NCBI GenBank assembly: GCA_963763775.1
Contig: CAVXPZ010000001.1
Coordinates: 64,001-128,000 of the forward strand
DNA from: an uncultured Chloroflexia bacterium
GTDB taxonomy: Bacteria > Chloroflexota > Limnocylindria > Limnocylindrales > CSP1-4
Direction of reading: 5' to 3'
DNA: 64,000 bases
The notes beneath the pieces are model-generated. The model was not told where the DNA came from. It made no database searches and saw nothing but the letters and a program-made list of their open reading frames with translations. Below, piece by piece: positions 1 through 9,535 of the stretch. The first letter of the stretch is position 1, and every line of letters starts with the position of its first letter. The translations under genes and the position numbers were made by a program.

Positions 1-46
1 GGTCGCCGCTGACGCCGCGGCCACGGCCCCCGTCCCGGATGGCGCC

Positions 47-1054
47 GTGAAGCTCGACGACGACGCGGTCGGGGCGTTACTGCCGGAGCGGCCGGCGCGC
101 GGGCACAAGGGCTCGTTCGGCAAGCTCCTCGTGATCGCCGGATCGCTCGATTACGCAGGGGCGGCGCTCCTCGTGTGCCGTGCGGCGGGGCGTGCCGGGG
201 CGGGCCTCGTGACGCTCGCGGTACCGGAGTCCCTGCAGCCGCTGTTCGCCGCGAAGGTGGTCGAGGCGACGACGATGGGACTCCCCGAGGACGACGTCGA
301 GGAGATCGACCCGGAGCCGGCGCTCGCCCGGGTCCTGGACCACGAGCACGATGCGATCGTCGTGGGGCCCGGCCTGCGACCCGGTCTGGCGACCGCCGAG
401 CTCGTCCGGCTCCTGCTGGCCACCGAGGGCACCGATCCCGCCCCGATCGTGCTCGACGCCGAGGCGCTCCGCTCGCTGGCGACCCTCGAGGACTGGTGGG
501 TCGCGGCCAGCCGGTCCGCGGTGCTCACGCCGCACGCGGGCGAGTTCGCGCGCCTCCGTGCCGGGAGCGGGCTCGATCCGATCGCGGACGGCGATCTCGT
601 GGACGACGACGCGGCGCGCGTCGCTGCCGCGCGTGACGCCGCCGCGCGATGGGGCCAGGTGGTCGTGCTCAAGGGGGCGGCCACGGTCATCGCCTCCCCC
701 GACGGGGAGGTCGCGATCTCGCCGTTCGAGAACCCGGCCCTCGCGAGCGGCGGCACCGGCGACGTGCTGGCCGGCGCGATCGGCGCGCTCCTCGCGCAGG
801 GCCTGGCACCGTATGCCGCCGCCCGACTCGGCGTGTACCTGCACGGCCTGTCCGGCGAGGCCGTGCGCGAACGGCTCGGTGATGCCGGTCTCCTCGCCTC
901 GGACCTGCCCGACGGCCTGGCGGTGGCGCGGAAGCGGCTCGCGGCCGCCGCCGAACGGCGCCGCGCGCGCGGCCGGCTCGGTTTCGGGGCGCGGCCGGAT
1001 CCGGCGGACGCGACGGACGTCGCGCGCGAGGCGGCGGCGCCCGACCCGGCGTGA
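47..1054 (+). CDS. nnrD: ADP/ATP-dependent NAD(P)H-hydrate dehydratase (YjeF C-terminal); frame is open to the window edge, so the true start may lie upstream
   Basis: Motifs HKGSFG, GSLDYAGAA, VVGPGL, LDAEAL, TPHAGEF, VLKG, LASGGTGDVLAG. Confidence 0.92.
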   Translation: MKLDDDAVGALLPERPARGHKGSFGKLLVIAGSLDYAGAALLVCRAAGRAGAGLVTLAVPESLQPLFAAKVVEATTMGLPEDDVEEIDPEPALARVLDHEHDAIVVGPGLRPGLATAELVRLLLATEGTDPAPIVLDAEALRSLATLEDWWVAASRSAVLTPHAGEFARLRAGSGLDPIADGDLVDDDAARVAAARDAAARWGQVVVLKGAATVIASPDGEVAISPFENPALASGGTGDVLAGAIGALLAQGLAPYAAARLGVYLHGLSGEAVRERLGDAGLLASDLPDGLAVARKRLAAAAERRRARGRLGFGARPDPADATDVAREAAAPDPA

Positions 1055-2280
1055 GGGAGCCCATCGAGCACCGGCTCGCCGCCGCCGGCCTCCCGCCGAT
1101 CCCGAGGACCGCGTGGCTCGAGATCGACCTGGCCGCGCTCGCGGCCAACCTGGACGTGCTGCGCCGGGCGACGGGTCGACCGTTGCCGATCCGGCCGGTG
1201 GTGAAGGCCGACGCCTACGGCCATGGCGCGGTCCCGGTGGCGCGCACGCTCGTCGCCGCGGGGGTCGACGGCCTCTGCGTCGCGACGCTCGATGAAGCCC
1301 TGGCCCTGCGCGCGGCGGGCATCGAGGCGCCGATCCTGGTCATGTACCCGGTCCCCCCCGCCTGGGCTGCCGAGGTCGCCCGGTCCGCGATCACGATCTC
1401 GGCGGGTGATCCGGGTCTGCTCGAGGCGATGCTCGCGGCCCACGCGACCGACCGGACGGGGCTCCCGCTCCGGGTCGAGCTGGAAGTCGAGACCGGGCTT
1501 GGCCGTGGCGGCTTCGACGTCGAAGGCGCGGTCGAGGCCGCCCGCGTGGTCCGCGCGGCCCCGGATGCCGAGATCGTGGGCATGTGGACCCACCTCCAGG
1601 CCCCTGAGGACCCCGAGCGGACGGCGACGCAGCTCGCGCGGTTCGACGCGGCCGCGGCGGCGCTGCGCCTGGCTTGGATCGACGTGCCCGACCGGCACGC
1701 GACCGCGAGCGGCGGGCTCGTCTCGGACGGGATCGCCGCGTACGACGGCGTGCGACCCGGGCTCGCGATCTACGGCCTCCTGCCGGATGAGCTCGATGCG
1801 GCGCAGCGGGCCACCCCGGTCGCCCGGGCGCTGCGCCCGGTCATGTCGCTCCATGCCCGGCCCGTCCGCGTGGCGGACCTGCCGGAGGGGTGGGGGATCA
1901 GCTATGGGCCCACGTTCGTGACCGCTCGGCCGAGCCGGATCGCCACGCTGCCCCTCGGGTATGGCGACGGCTGGCCTCGGGCCCTCTCGAACCGGGCGGA
2001 GGCCCTGGTCCGCGGCCAGCGCGTCCCGATCGTCGGCAACGTCGCGATGGACGCGATCATGGCGGATGTCACCGACATCCCGGGTCCGGCGGTGACCCCG
2101 GCCGACGAGTTCACGCTCATCGGGGCCCAGGACCGCGAGCGGATCACCGTCGCCGACTTGGCGCAGACGCGCACCACGAACTCCTGGGAAGTCGTCACGT
2201 CGATGGCTCGGCGTCTGCCTCGGGTGTACGATGCCGCGTCCGGACCGGTCGGTCTGCGCACGCTCACCGAGCGGAGTTGA
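1051..2280 (+). CDS. alr: Alanine racemase
   Basis: PLP-lysine motif VVKADAYGHG, VRPGLAIYG, ISYG, GYGDG, VAMD; GTGA overlap with nnrD. Confidence 0.95.
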   Translation: MREPIEHRLAAAGLPPIPRTAWLEIDLAALAANLDVLRRATGRPLPIRPVVKADAYGHGAVPVARTLVAAGVDGLCVATLDEALALRAAGIEAPILVMYPVPPAWAAEVARSAITISAGDPGLLEAMLAAHATDRTGLPLRVELEVETGLGRGGFDVEGAVEAARVVRAAPDAEIVGMWTHLQAPEDPERTATQLARFDAAAAALRLAWIDVPDRHATASGGLVSDGIAAYDGVRPGLAIYGLLPDELDAAQRATPVARALRPVMSLHARPVRVADLPEGWGISYGPTFVTARPSRIATLPLGYGDGWPRALSNRAEALVRGQRVPIVGNVAMDAIMADVTDIPGPAVTPADEFTLIGAQDRERITVADLAQTRTTNSWEVVTSMARRLPRVYDAASGPVGLRTLTERS

Positions 2281-2286
2281 ACACCT

Positions 2287-2814
2287 GTGGCTCGCATCGA
2301 ACTGTGGAACGGCGACATCTGCGACCTCGAGGTCGACGCGATCGTCAACGCGGCGAATCTCTCGCTGTGGATGTCCACCGGCGTCGGCGGCGCGATCAAG
2401 CGCGCCGGGGGTGACGTCATCGAGTTCGAGGCCGTGCGTCAGGCACCCGTGCCCCTTGGCGGGGCGATCGTCACGAGCGGCGGCACGCTGCCCGTCCGCG
2501 TCGTGATCCACGCCGTCTCGCTGGACCGCGAGCGTCGCACGAGCGGCGCGACCATCGAAGCGGCGGTCCGCGCGGCGATGGCCCGGGCACGCGAGCTCGG
2601 CGTCACGAGCATCGCGTTCCCGGCCCTCGGGACCGGGGTCGGCGGCTTTCCGATCGAGGAGGGCGCGCGCATCACCGTCGAGACGGTGCGCGAGGAACTG
2701 CCCTCGTGTCCTACCATCCTCGTCGTGACCTTCGCCCTGCGCGGCCAGGCCGCCTATCAGGCGTTCGCGGCCGCCCTCACCGCCTCCCATCCCGCGGCCG
2801 GGGCCGTCGCATGA
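2287..2814 (+). CDS. Macro domain protein (ADP-ribose-binding/hydrolase family)
   Basis: GDIC, DAIVNAAN, GVGGAI, VIHAV, SIAFPALGTGVGGF motifs. Confidence 0.92.
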   Translation: MARIELWNGDICDLEVDAIVNAANLSLWMSTGVGGAIKRAGGDVIEFEAVRQAPVPLGGAIVTSGGTLPVRVVIHAVSLDRERRTSGATIEAAVRAAMARARELGVTSIAFPALGTGVGGFPIEEGARITVETVREELPSCPTILVVTFALRGQAAYQAFAAALTASHPAAGAVA

Positions 2815-3101
2815 CGATGCCCGTCGAGCCGACCGAGGAGCAGCGGGATGAGCTGGTCGAGGAGGTCGCTCGCGAGATCCACCTGCGGGGCCTGACCGGC
2901 CCAGCCGTCCACTTCCTCGAGGCCAGCCGGCCGTACCGGCCGCTCGGCGCCAACGCCATGTTGTTCTTCGACCCGGTGCTGCACGGGCTGTTCGGCGGCG
3001 AATCGGCGTCCGCGAGCGAGATCCTCGCCGACGACGCCGGGATCGAGCAGCTGATCGAGCGGCTGGAAGAACTCGACGACGAGGCGACCTGGGACGCGTG
3101 A
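2811..3101 (+). CDS. Small acidic conserved hypothetical protein (96 aa)
   Basis: ATGA overlap with macro gene; sequence EEVAREIHLRGLTGPAVHFLEASRP..FFDP looks like a real helical protein. Confidence 0.75.
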   Translation: MTMPVEPTEEQRDELVEEVAREIHLRGLTGPAVHFLEASRPYRPLGANAMLFFDPVLHGLFGGESASASEILADDAGIEQLIERLEELDDEATWDA

Positions 3102-3135
3102 CCCGCACCCGGTCATGGCCGGGTAGCATGACCTC

Positions 3136-4752
3136 GTGACCGGCGACCCGCGCGCATTCCTCGCCCTCGACCGCGGAGCGGCCACTTCCGGCGCCGCCTT
3201 GATCGGCCGGGTCGGCGGCATGTGGCGGCTGCTCGGCTCCGTCGCCCTGCCTGCGGCCTCCGACCCCGATGCCGCCGTGGGCCTGCTCCTGCGCCGCGTG
3301 ATCGCCGCCGACCCTCGCCTCGCCCGACGCCTCGGCGTGGACACGGACGACGGTGGGCTGCTCCCGACGGTCACGGTGACCTCGGCTCGGCCACGACGGC
3401 TGGTCGTCGTCGCGGCCTCGGAGCGGGCGCTCGCCCCACTCGTCGCGTCGGCGGCGCGGAGCGGCTGGCGGACGATCGGCGTCAGCGCCGAGACGACCGA
3501 CCCGCTCGCGATGACGCGGCTCCTCCTCGACGAGGCCACCGACGGGATCCTGGCCGGTGCCGGTGACCCCCCCGGGGCCGACGAGCGCGGGCCGCTCGCC
3601 GAGCTCACGGCGCTCGTGGGCGCGGCGGCGCGTCGGCGGCCCGAACGGCTGGTGGTCCTCGCCGGCGCCATGGCCGAGTCGACCGCGGCCTTCGGCGACC
3701 TGAACACCCGTGACGGCGAGACGCTCCTGGCGCCGGCCGCGCACCCGGGTGTCGAGGGGGCACCGCTGCGCGACCTGCTCAGTGCCCTCGCGCTCCCGGC
3801 CGACGACGCCCGCCGCGCGCTCGGGCCGGCGCTGCTCACCCTCGCGACCGTCCTGGAGCGCCGGGTCGAACTCGTGGAGATCGGCTTCAACGGGGGCGTG
3901 CGGGCGACCGCGACCCCCGGCGGGCCGTCCGAGGGCCCCAGCGCCGACGTGGCGATCGTCCCGACCGCCCGGCTCGCGCCGTCGGACCCCGACGACGCCA
4001 CCGTCGATCGAGTACTGGCCTGGACGACGGTGCCTTCGGACCGCCATCGGCTCCGCGACCGGCTGCGCGAGCTGCGGATCGCCCCGTGGTCGGACCTGAC
4101 CGGGGACGGTGCCGCCCTCAGGATGGCCGCCGCGCGGGCCGCCCTCGCCCGGCTCGCCGAGGCGACACCCGAATTCGATGCCGCGCCCGCCCCCGACATG
4201 ATCGTCGCGGCGGGTGGCGTCTGGGCGATCGCCCCGGCGCCGGTCGTCGCCCTCGCGCTCGCGGACGTGCTGCGACGGCCAGGGGCGTCGAGCTACGCGC
4301 TCGACCACGCCCGGCTCCTCGGGCCGCTGGGGTCGATCCCGGACGTCGAGGAGCGGCGGGCCGTGATCACGGACCTCGCCGACGACCTGCTGGCGCCGCT
4401 CGGCAGCGTCGTGACGCCCTCGGGCCTCCGGTCCGGACGAAGTGCGGGCACGCTCACGGTCCACGGTCGCACCGGCCCGGCGCGTCGTGGAGGGCCGATC
4501 GACCTGGTCCCCGGCGGCATCGAGGTCGTGGACCTCCCGCCCGGTTCGAGCGCTACCGCGGAGTTCCAGTTCCGCGACACCGTGCGGCTCGGCGGCCGCG
4601 GGCGGCACTTCGCCGTCGACGTGGTGGGCGGGCTGGCCGGTCTCGTGGTCGACCTGCGCGACGTCCCGATGCGGCTCCCCGAACGGGCCGACCTCCGCCG
4701 CGAGTTGCTCGACGCGTGGCAGACCACGGTCGCGAGCGGGATCCGCCGGTGA
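3136..4752 (+). CDS. GlmL/MutL (glutamate mutase L)-like ASKHA-fold protein with degenerate ATPase motifs
   Basis: N-terminal LALDRGAATSGAAL (phosphate-1-like), VEIGFNGG, MIVAAGG; C-terminal GGLAGLVVDLRDVPMRLP resembles the GlmL-family tail; TAGCAT 6 nt upstream. Confidence 0.65.
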   Translation: MTGDPRAFLALDRGAATSGAALIGRVGGMWRLLGSVALPAASDPDAAVGLLLRRVIAADPRLARRLGVDTDDGGLLPTVTVTSARPRRLVVVAASERALAPLVASAARSGWRTIGVSAETTDPLAMTRLLLDEATDGILAGAGDPPGADERGPLAELTALVGAAARRRPERLVVLAGAMAESTAAFGDLNTRDGETLLAPAAHPGVEGAPLRDLLSALALPADDARRALGPALLTLATVLERRVELVEIGFNGGVRATATPGGPSEGPSADVAIVPTARLAPSDPDDATVDRVLAWTTVPSDRHRLRDRLRELRIAPWSDLTGDGAALRMAAARAALARLAEATPEFDAAPAPDMIVAAGGVWAIAPAPVVALALADVLRRPGASSYALDHARLLGPLGSIPDVEERRAVITDLADDLLAPLGSVVTPSGLRSGRSAGTLTVHGRTGPARRGGPIDLVPGGIEVVDLPPGSSATAEFQFRDTVRLGGRGRHFAVDVVGGLAGLVVDLRDVPMRLPERADLRRELLDAWQTTVASGIRR

Positions 4753-5792
4753 ACGGCGAGCGCCGGAGCGCCGGGGAGCGGGATCCGGACATCGGCCTGG
4801 TCCCGTCCCGACCGCTCATCGAGTCGCCGATCGACGCGGTGTTCGCCCTGTCGCCGGGCGACCGGGCGCTCGTCGAGGCCGGCGGTTCCGTGGTCGTGGG
4901 TGCCCCGATCGCCGAACGGCTTCGGGACCCGCGGCTGGAGGACAAGTCGGTGTCCGAGCCGGTCGAGCCGCGGCCCGGCGACCGCTGGCACGCCCTGGGC
5001 GGTCGGGTCGTCGCGCCGCCGTCGCCCGGGGCGCCACGCGGCTCACCCGGCGGCGAGTACCTCTTCCCGTGGAAGGGCCGCTGGCGCGTCGCCACCGGCG
5101 ACATCATGGATCCGGTCGAGACGCCGGTCGCGGGCATCGTCCGCGAGGTGCGCCCGGGGACGTCCATCACCATCCGGGCCGCCGGACGCGGCATCCGCGG
5201 GATCGTGGCCCTCGGCGGGCCGACACGGGGACGGCTCAGCCTCGCCTCGGGACCCGACGGCGGCCTGCGCCCGGGCGCCCTCGATGTCGGGATGGCCGGT
5301 TCCATCCTCATCGTGGATGCGCGCGTCGATGCCGAGACGCTCACCCGTGCCCGCGCCATGGGCGTCCGGGGGATCGTGGTCGCCGGCCTCGCGAGCAAGG
5401 AGCGGCGCGACTTCCTGGCCTCGGAGGCCCGGCAGCGCGCCGCGCTCCATCGACTCCCGCCCTATGCCGTCCTGGTCATGGAGGGGGCGACCCGTCGGCC
5501 GATGGCCGGCCAGATCATGGCGCTCTTCGCGTCCCTCGCCGGCCGCGAGGCGGCGATCGTCTCCGACCCGCCGATGCTGGTGTTCGACGCCCCGGACCTG
5601 CGGGTCCCGACACCGAGCCCGGACCTGGTGCGGATCCGCGCCGGCGCGCTGATCGGGCAGGAGGCCCGCTGGGTCGGCGCCGCCGGCCGTCGGCGGTTCA
5701 GCAGCGGCGTGGACCTCGAGGCGGGGCACGTCCGGCTCAGCGACGGCGGCACGGTCGCCATCCCGCTCGGGGACCTGGAGCGGTTCGTCTGA
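4749..5792 (+). CDS. Hypothetical protein with barrel-sandwich-hybrid-like segments, partner of the GlmL-like gene
   Basis: GTGA overlap; LVEAGGSVVVGAPIAE and ETPVAGIVREV segments; ARAMGVRGIVVAG. Confidence 0.7.
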   Translation: MNGERRSAGERDPDIGLVPSRPLIESPIDAVFALSPGDRALVEAGGSVVVGAPIAERLRDPRLEDKSVSEPVEPRPGDRWHALGGRVVAPPSPGAPRGSPGGEYLFPWKGRWRVATGDIMDPVETPVAGIVREVRPGTSITIRAAGRGIRGIVALGGPTRGRLSLASGPDGGLRPGALDVGMAGSILIVDARVDAETLTRARAMGVRGIVVAGLASKERRDFLASEARQRAALHRLPPYAVLVMEGATRRPMAGQIMALFASLAGREAAIVSDPPMLVFDAPDLRVPTPSPDLVRIRAGALIGQEARWVGAAGRRRFSSGVDLEAGHVRLSDGGTVAIPLGDLERFV

Positions 5793-5833
5793 CCGTCGGG
5801 CATCACGCTCGTCCTTCCGCTACCCTCGGGCGG

Positions 5834-6307
5834 ATGGCCGCGATCGCCGCACGCACCCGCCGGGTCACGGCACCCGACCCCGACGCCACTTCGGCCCTCG
5901 GCCGCTCGCTCGCGAGCGCCGCGCACCCCGGTGACCTCGTGTGCCTGTGGGGCGACCTCGGGGCGGGCAAGACGCACCTCGCCAAGGCGTTCGGGGCCGG
6001 TCTCGGGGTGACCGACACGATCACGTCCCCGAGTTTCGTGCTCATGGCCGAGTACGACGGCCGTCTGCCGCTCTTCCACGTCGACCTCTACCGGCTCGCC
6101 GACGCGAGCGAGGCCATCGCGGGCGGCCTCCTCGACGATCGCTGGTCGGGCGGGGTCACCCTCATCGAGTGGCCGGACCGGATGGGCGCGGCGTTGCCGC
6201 CGGAGCGGCTCGACGTCGTGATCGACGGGTCCGGCGACGATCCCCGGGAGATCCGCCTCACCGCGCACGGGACACGGCATGCCGGGTACCTGGACGTCCT
6301 CGGATGA
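5834..6307 (+). CDS. tsaE: tRNA t6A biosynthesis ATPase TsaE
   Basis: GDLGAGKT P-loop, ITSPSF, HVDLYRL, IEWP; TACCCT 7 nt upstream. Confidence 0.95.
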   Translation: MAAIAARTRRVTAPDPDATSALGRSLASAAHPGDLVCLWGDLGAGKTHLAKAFGAGLGVTDTITSPSFVLMAEYDGRLPLFHVDLYRLADASEAIAGGLLDDRWSGGVTLIEWPDRMGAALPPERLDVVIDGSGDDPREIRLTAHGTRHAGYLDVLG

Positions 6308-6987
6308 GCGGCCCGATCCTGCTGGTGATCGACAGCGCGACCACGCGCATCGTGGTGGCGACCGGCGCCATGGACGGACGGCCGATCGACATCGCGGCCT
6401 GGCCAGCCGGGTACCGACACGGCGAGACCCTCCTGCCGGCGGTCGAGCGGCTGCTGGCCGACGGCGCCCACACACGCCGCGACATCGGCGCGGTCGTCGT
6501 GGGGACCGGCCCCGGCGCGTTCACGGGGCTCAGGGTGGGGATCGCGACCGCCAAGGGGCTCGCGCACGGGCTGGGTTGCCCGATCGTCGGGGTGGCGACC
6601 GGGGACGCCCTCCTCGCCGCCGCGGCGGCCGACATCGACATCGATCCCGAGCGGCTGACCCTCCTGTTGCCCGCCGGACCGGCTGACCGCATCGAGGTCC
6701 GCGCCGGGGCCGCGCCGGCCCTGCTGCCCGCGGGCGTGGAGCCGGCGCACGTCCCCGACGGGGTGCTGGTGGCGGTCGATCTCGAGGACCGGGCGCCGGC
6801 CGACGCCGTCGCCCGGGGCGATCGCGCCCGCGACGGGTTGGCGGTGGCCATGCTTCGGGCCGCGGCCGCGAGGCTCGCCGCGGGCGACTCGGACGACCTC
6901 GCCCGGCTCGTGCCGGAATACGTGACCCTGCCGCGCGGCGCGGCCCCACCGAGCGGGGAGGTGACATGGTCGCGCGACCCCCGGTGA
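6304..6987 (+). CDS. tsaB: tRNA t6A biosynthesis protein TsaB
   Basis: IDSAT, HGETLLP, GTGPGAFTGLRVG; ATGA overlap. Confidence 0.93.
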   Translation: MSGPILLVIDSATTRIVVATGAMDGRPIDIAAWPAGYRHGETLLPAVERLLADGAHTRRDIGAVVVGTGPGAFTGLRVGIATAKGLAHGLGCPIVGVATGDALLAAAAADIDIDPERLTLLLPAGPADRIEVRAGAAPALLPAGVEPAHVPDGVLVAVDLEDRAPADAVARGDRARDGLAVAMLRAAAARLAAGDSDDLARLVPEYVTLPRGAAPPSGEVTWSRDPR

Positions 6988-7556
6988 GGGTCCGGATCGA
7001 GCCGATGCGGCTCGACGACCTCGACGCCGTGCACGCCATCGAGCGCGCGAGCTTCGCCGCCCCGTGGCCGGAGAACGCCTACCGCAGCGAGCTCGAATCG
7101 AACCGGCTCGCCTCGTACCTCGTCGCGCGGGCCGACGACGAGATCGTCGGATACGGCGGGATGTGGCTGATGGTCGATGAGGCCCACATCACGACCTTCG
7201 CGATCCACCCTGCCTGGCGACGACAGGGGATCGGCGAACGCCTGTTATTGGCCTTCCTGGACCTCGCGACCGATCGTCACGCCCGGGAGGCGACGCTCGA
7301 GGTCCGTCTCTCGAACCTGCCGGCGCGGCGGCTCTACGAGAAGTACGGGTTCCGGCCGGTCGGCCTGCGGCCGCGCTACTACAGCGACGACCACGAAGAC
7401 GCGCTGATCATGACGACCGACCCGCTCACCGACCCAGCGATGCGCGACCGGATCGCCCGCCTACGCGAGGGTCTCGACGCCGCGCCGGCGCCGACCGGTC
7501 CCGACGATGCGGACGAGCCGGCAGGGGCGGACGACGGCGCGGGCGGCGCGACGTGA
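6966..7556 (+). CDS. rimI: Ribosomal protein S18 alanine N-acetyltransferase
   Basis: DEAHIT, RRQGIG, LEVRLSN..A..LYEKYGF, RPRYY..EDALIM. Confidence 0.93.
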   Translation: MVARPPVRVRIEPMRLDDLDAVHAIERASFAAPWPENAYRSELESNRLASYLVARADDEIVGYGGMWLMVDEAHITTFAIHPAWRRQGIGERLLLAFLDLATDRHAREATLEVRLSNLPARRLYEKYGFRPVGLRPRYYSDDHEDALIMTTDPLTDPAMRDRIARLREGLDAAPAPTGPDDADEPAGADDGAGGAT

Positions 7557-8617
7557 GCGGCCCGCTCGTCCTCGCGATCGAGTCGTCGTGCGACGAGACC
7601 GGCGTCGCCCTCATCGAGGGCGGCCGCACGATCCTCGGCAACGTCATCGCGTCGCAGGTCGCGCTCCACGCCGCCTCGGGCGGGATCGTCCCTGAGGTCG
7701 CCGCCAGGGCGCATCTGCGCTGGATCGTCCCGGTGCTCGACGAGGCGTGGGCGGACGCCGGCGTCGCCTGGTCGGACATCGACGCCGTCGCGGTCACGTA
7801 CGGCCCCGGGCTCGCGGGTTCGCTGCTGGTGGGCATCAACATGGCGAAGGCGCTCGCCTGGGTCCACGACGTCCCGCTCGTCGGCGTCAACCACCTCGAG
7901 GGGCACGTCTACGCCGCGTGGCTGGCCGACCCCGGGGCGGAGGACGTCGCGGACCCGGTCTTCCCGCTCGTGGCGCTCGTGGTCTCCGGCGGCCACACCT
8001 TCCTCGCGGAGATGCGCGACCACCTGAGCTACCGGCTGCTGGGAACCACCGTGGACGACGCCGCGGGTGAGGCGTTCGACAAGGTCGGACGGCTGCTGGG
8101 CCTGGGCTACCCGGGCGGACCGGCGATCTCCCGCGCGGCGGAGGCGGCCGTCGATCGGGACCGGGCCTTCCCGCGCGCCTGGCTCGGCGACTCCTACGAC
8201 TTCAGCTTCTCGGGGCTCAAGACGGCCGCCCGGCGGATCGTGACGAGTGCCCGGATCGAGGCAGGCCTCGCCGATGACCCGGCGGCCGCGCTCCCGGACG
8301 CGGTCGTGGCCGAGCTGTCGTGGGGGTTCCAGGACGCGGTGGTCGACGTCCTGGTGACCAAGACGATCCGCGCCGCGCGGGCGACCGGGGCCCGGTCGAT
8401 CGTGCTGGGCGGCGGCGTCGCCGCCAACGCAGCGCTGCGCACGCGCTTGGCTGGAGAGGCCGAGGCGATGGGGCTCCCGTTGATCGTCCCGCGTCCGAGC
8501 CTGTGCACGGACAACGGCGCGATGATCGGCGCGGCGGGCGCCCGCCGGTTCGAGGCGGGAGAGCGGTCCGGGCTCGACCTGGACGCGCGCCCGTCGCTGC
8601 CGCTCGCCCGGCGATGA
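7553..8617 (+). CDS. tsaD: tRNA N6-adenosine threonylcarbamoyltransferase TsaD
   Basis: IESSCDET, GGIVPEVAARAH, NHLEGH, SGGHT, DDAAGEAFDK, CTDNGAMI. Confidence 0.97.
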   Translation: MSGPLVLAIESSCDETGVALIEGGRTILGNVIASQVALHAASGGIVPEVAARAHLRWIVPVLDEAWADAGVAWSDIDAVAVTYGPGLAGSLLVGINMAKALAWVHDVPLVGVNHLEGHVYAAWLADPGAEDVADPVFPLVALVVSGGHTFLAEMRDHLSYRLLGTTVDDAAGEAFDKVGRLLGLGYPGGPAISRAAEAAVDRDRAFPRAWLGDSYDFSFSGLKTAARRIVTSARIEAGLADDPAAALPDAVVAELSWGFQDAVVDVLVTKTIRAARATGARSIVLGGGVAANAALRTRLAGEAEAMGLPLIVPRPSLCTDNGAMIGAAGARRFEAGERSGLDLDARPSLPLARR

Positions 8618-9495
8618 CCCCGTCCGCGCGTCCGCCCCTGGATCCGGCGGACGTCCGCGCGACCCTCCGCGCCGCGGGCCTGCGGGCCCGCCATTCGCTG
8701 TCGCAGAACTTCCTGGCGGACGTCGACGTCCTCGACGGGATCCTCGCCGAGGCCTCGCCCATCCCGGGTGATCGCGTGCTGGAGGTCGGCCCCGGGCTCG
8801 GCCTCCTCACCGGCGGCTTGCTGGCGAGTGGCGCCACGGTGACCGCCGTCGAGCTCGATCGAGGCCTCGCGGCCTTCCTGCGGGAGCGCTTCACCGACGC
8901 GATCGACGCGGGCGCGTTGCGGCTGGTCGAGGGTGACGCGCTGGACCAGGATCTCACCCACCTGGTCGAGCCGCCCTACGACGTGGTCGCGAACCTGCCG
9001 TACCACATCACCAGCCCCATCCTGCACGCCTTCCTCGGGGCGCCGCCGCGTCCGGCGCGACTGGTGCTGATGGTCCAGCGCGAGGTGGCCGACCGGATCG
9101 CGGCCCCGCCCGGCAAGATGAGCTACCTGTCGGTGTTCGTGCAGTACCACGCGCGGGTCCGGGTGGCGTTCCCCGTCTCGCCCGACGCCTTCGAGCCCGA
9201 GCCGGCCGTGGCCTCCGCCGTCATCGTGGTCGAGCCGTACGACCTCGACGACCGGCTGACGCCCGACGAGGAGGACGAGCTCTGGCGGCTCGTGCAGGCG
9301 GGGTTCCGCGAGCGCCGGAAGATGCTCCACAACGTGCTGACACGCCAGCTCCGCCTCGACCACACGCGCGTCGACGCGGCGCTGGCCGAGGTCGGGATCG
9401 AGCCCGACCGGCGCCCGCAGACCCTGGCCGTGGGCGAGTGGCTGGCCCTGCGCGAGGTCCTGACCCCGATCCCGGGCGACGGTCGCGGCCGATGA
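8614..9495 (+). CDS. rsmA: 16S rRNA A1518/A1519 dimethyltransferase (KsgA)
   Basis: SQNFL, LEVGPGLG, ANLPYHIT, MVQREVA, RRKML. Confidence 0.95.
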   Translation: MTPSARPPLDPADVRATLRAAGLRARHSLSQNFLADVDVLDGILAEASPIPGDRVLEVGPGLGLLTGGLLASGATVTAVELDRGLAAFLRERFTDAIDAGALRLVEGDALDQDLTHLVEPPYDVVANLPYHITSPILHAFLGAPPRPARLVLMVQREVADRIAAPPGKMSYLSVFVQYHARVRVAFPVSPDAFEPEPAVASAVIVVEPYDLDDRLTPDEEDELWRLVQAGFRERRKMLHNVLTRQLRLDHTRVDAALAEVGIEPDRRPQTLAVGEWLALREVLTPIPGDGRGR

Positions 9496-9535
9496 CGACC
9501 GGCCAGCCGGCGGGCCGCTGCGGCCGCCGCGACCG

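Noticed and set aside
151-4608. 1485-aa minus-strand ORF, and similar long ORFs (41920-45885 +, 29957-32458 -, 12257-14416 -, 48094-50226 -)
   Set aside because: Antisense or alternate-frame shadows of motif-bearing genes; Arg/Gly/Pro-rich with no motifs, as expected at this GC content
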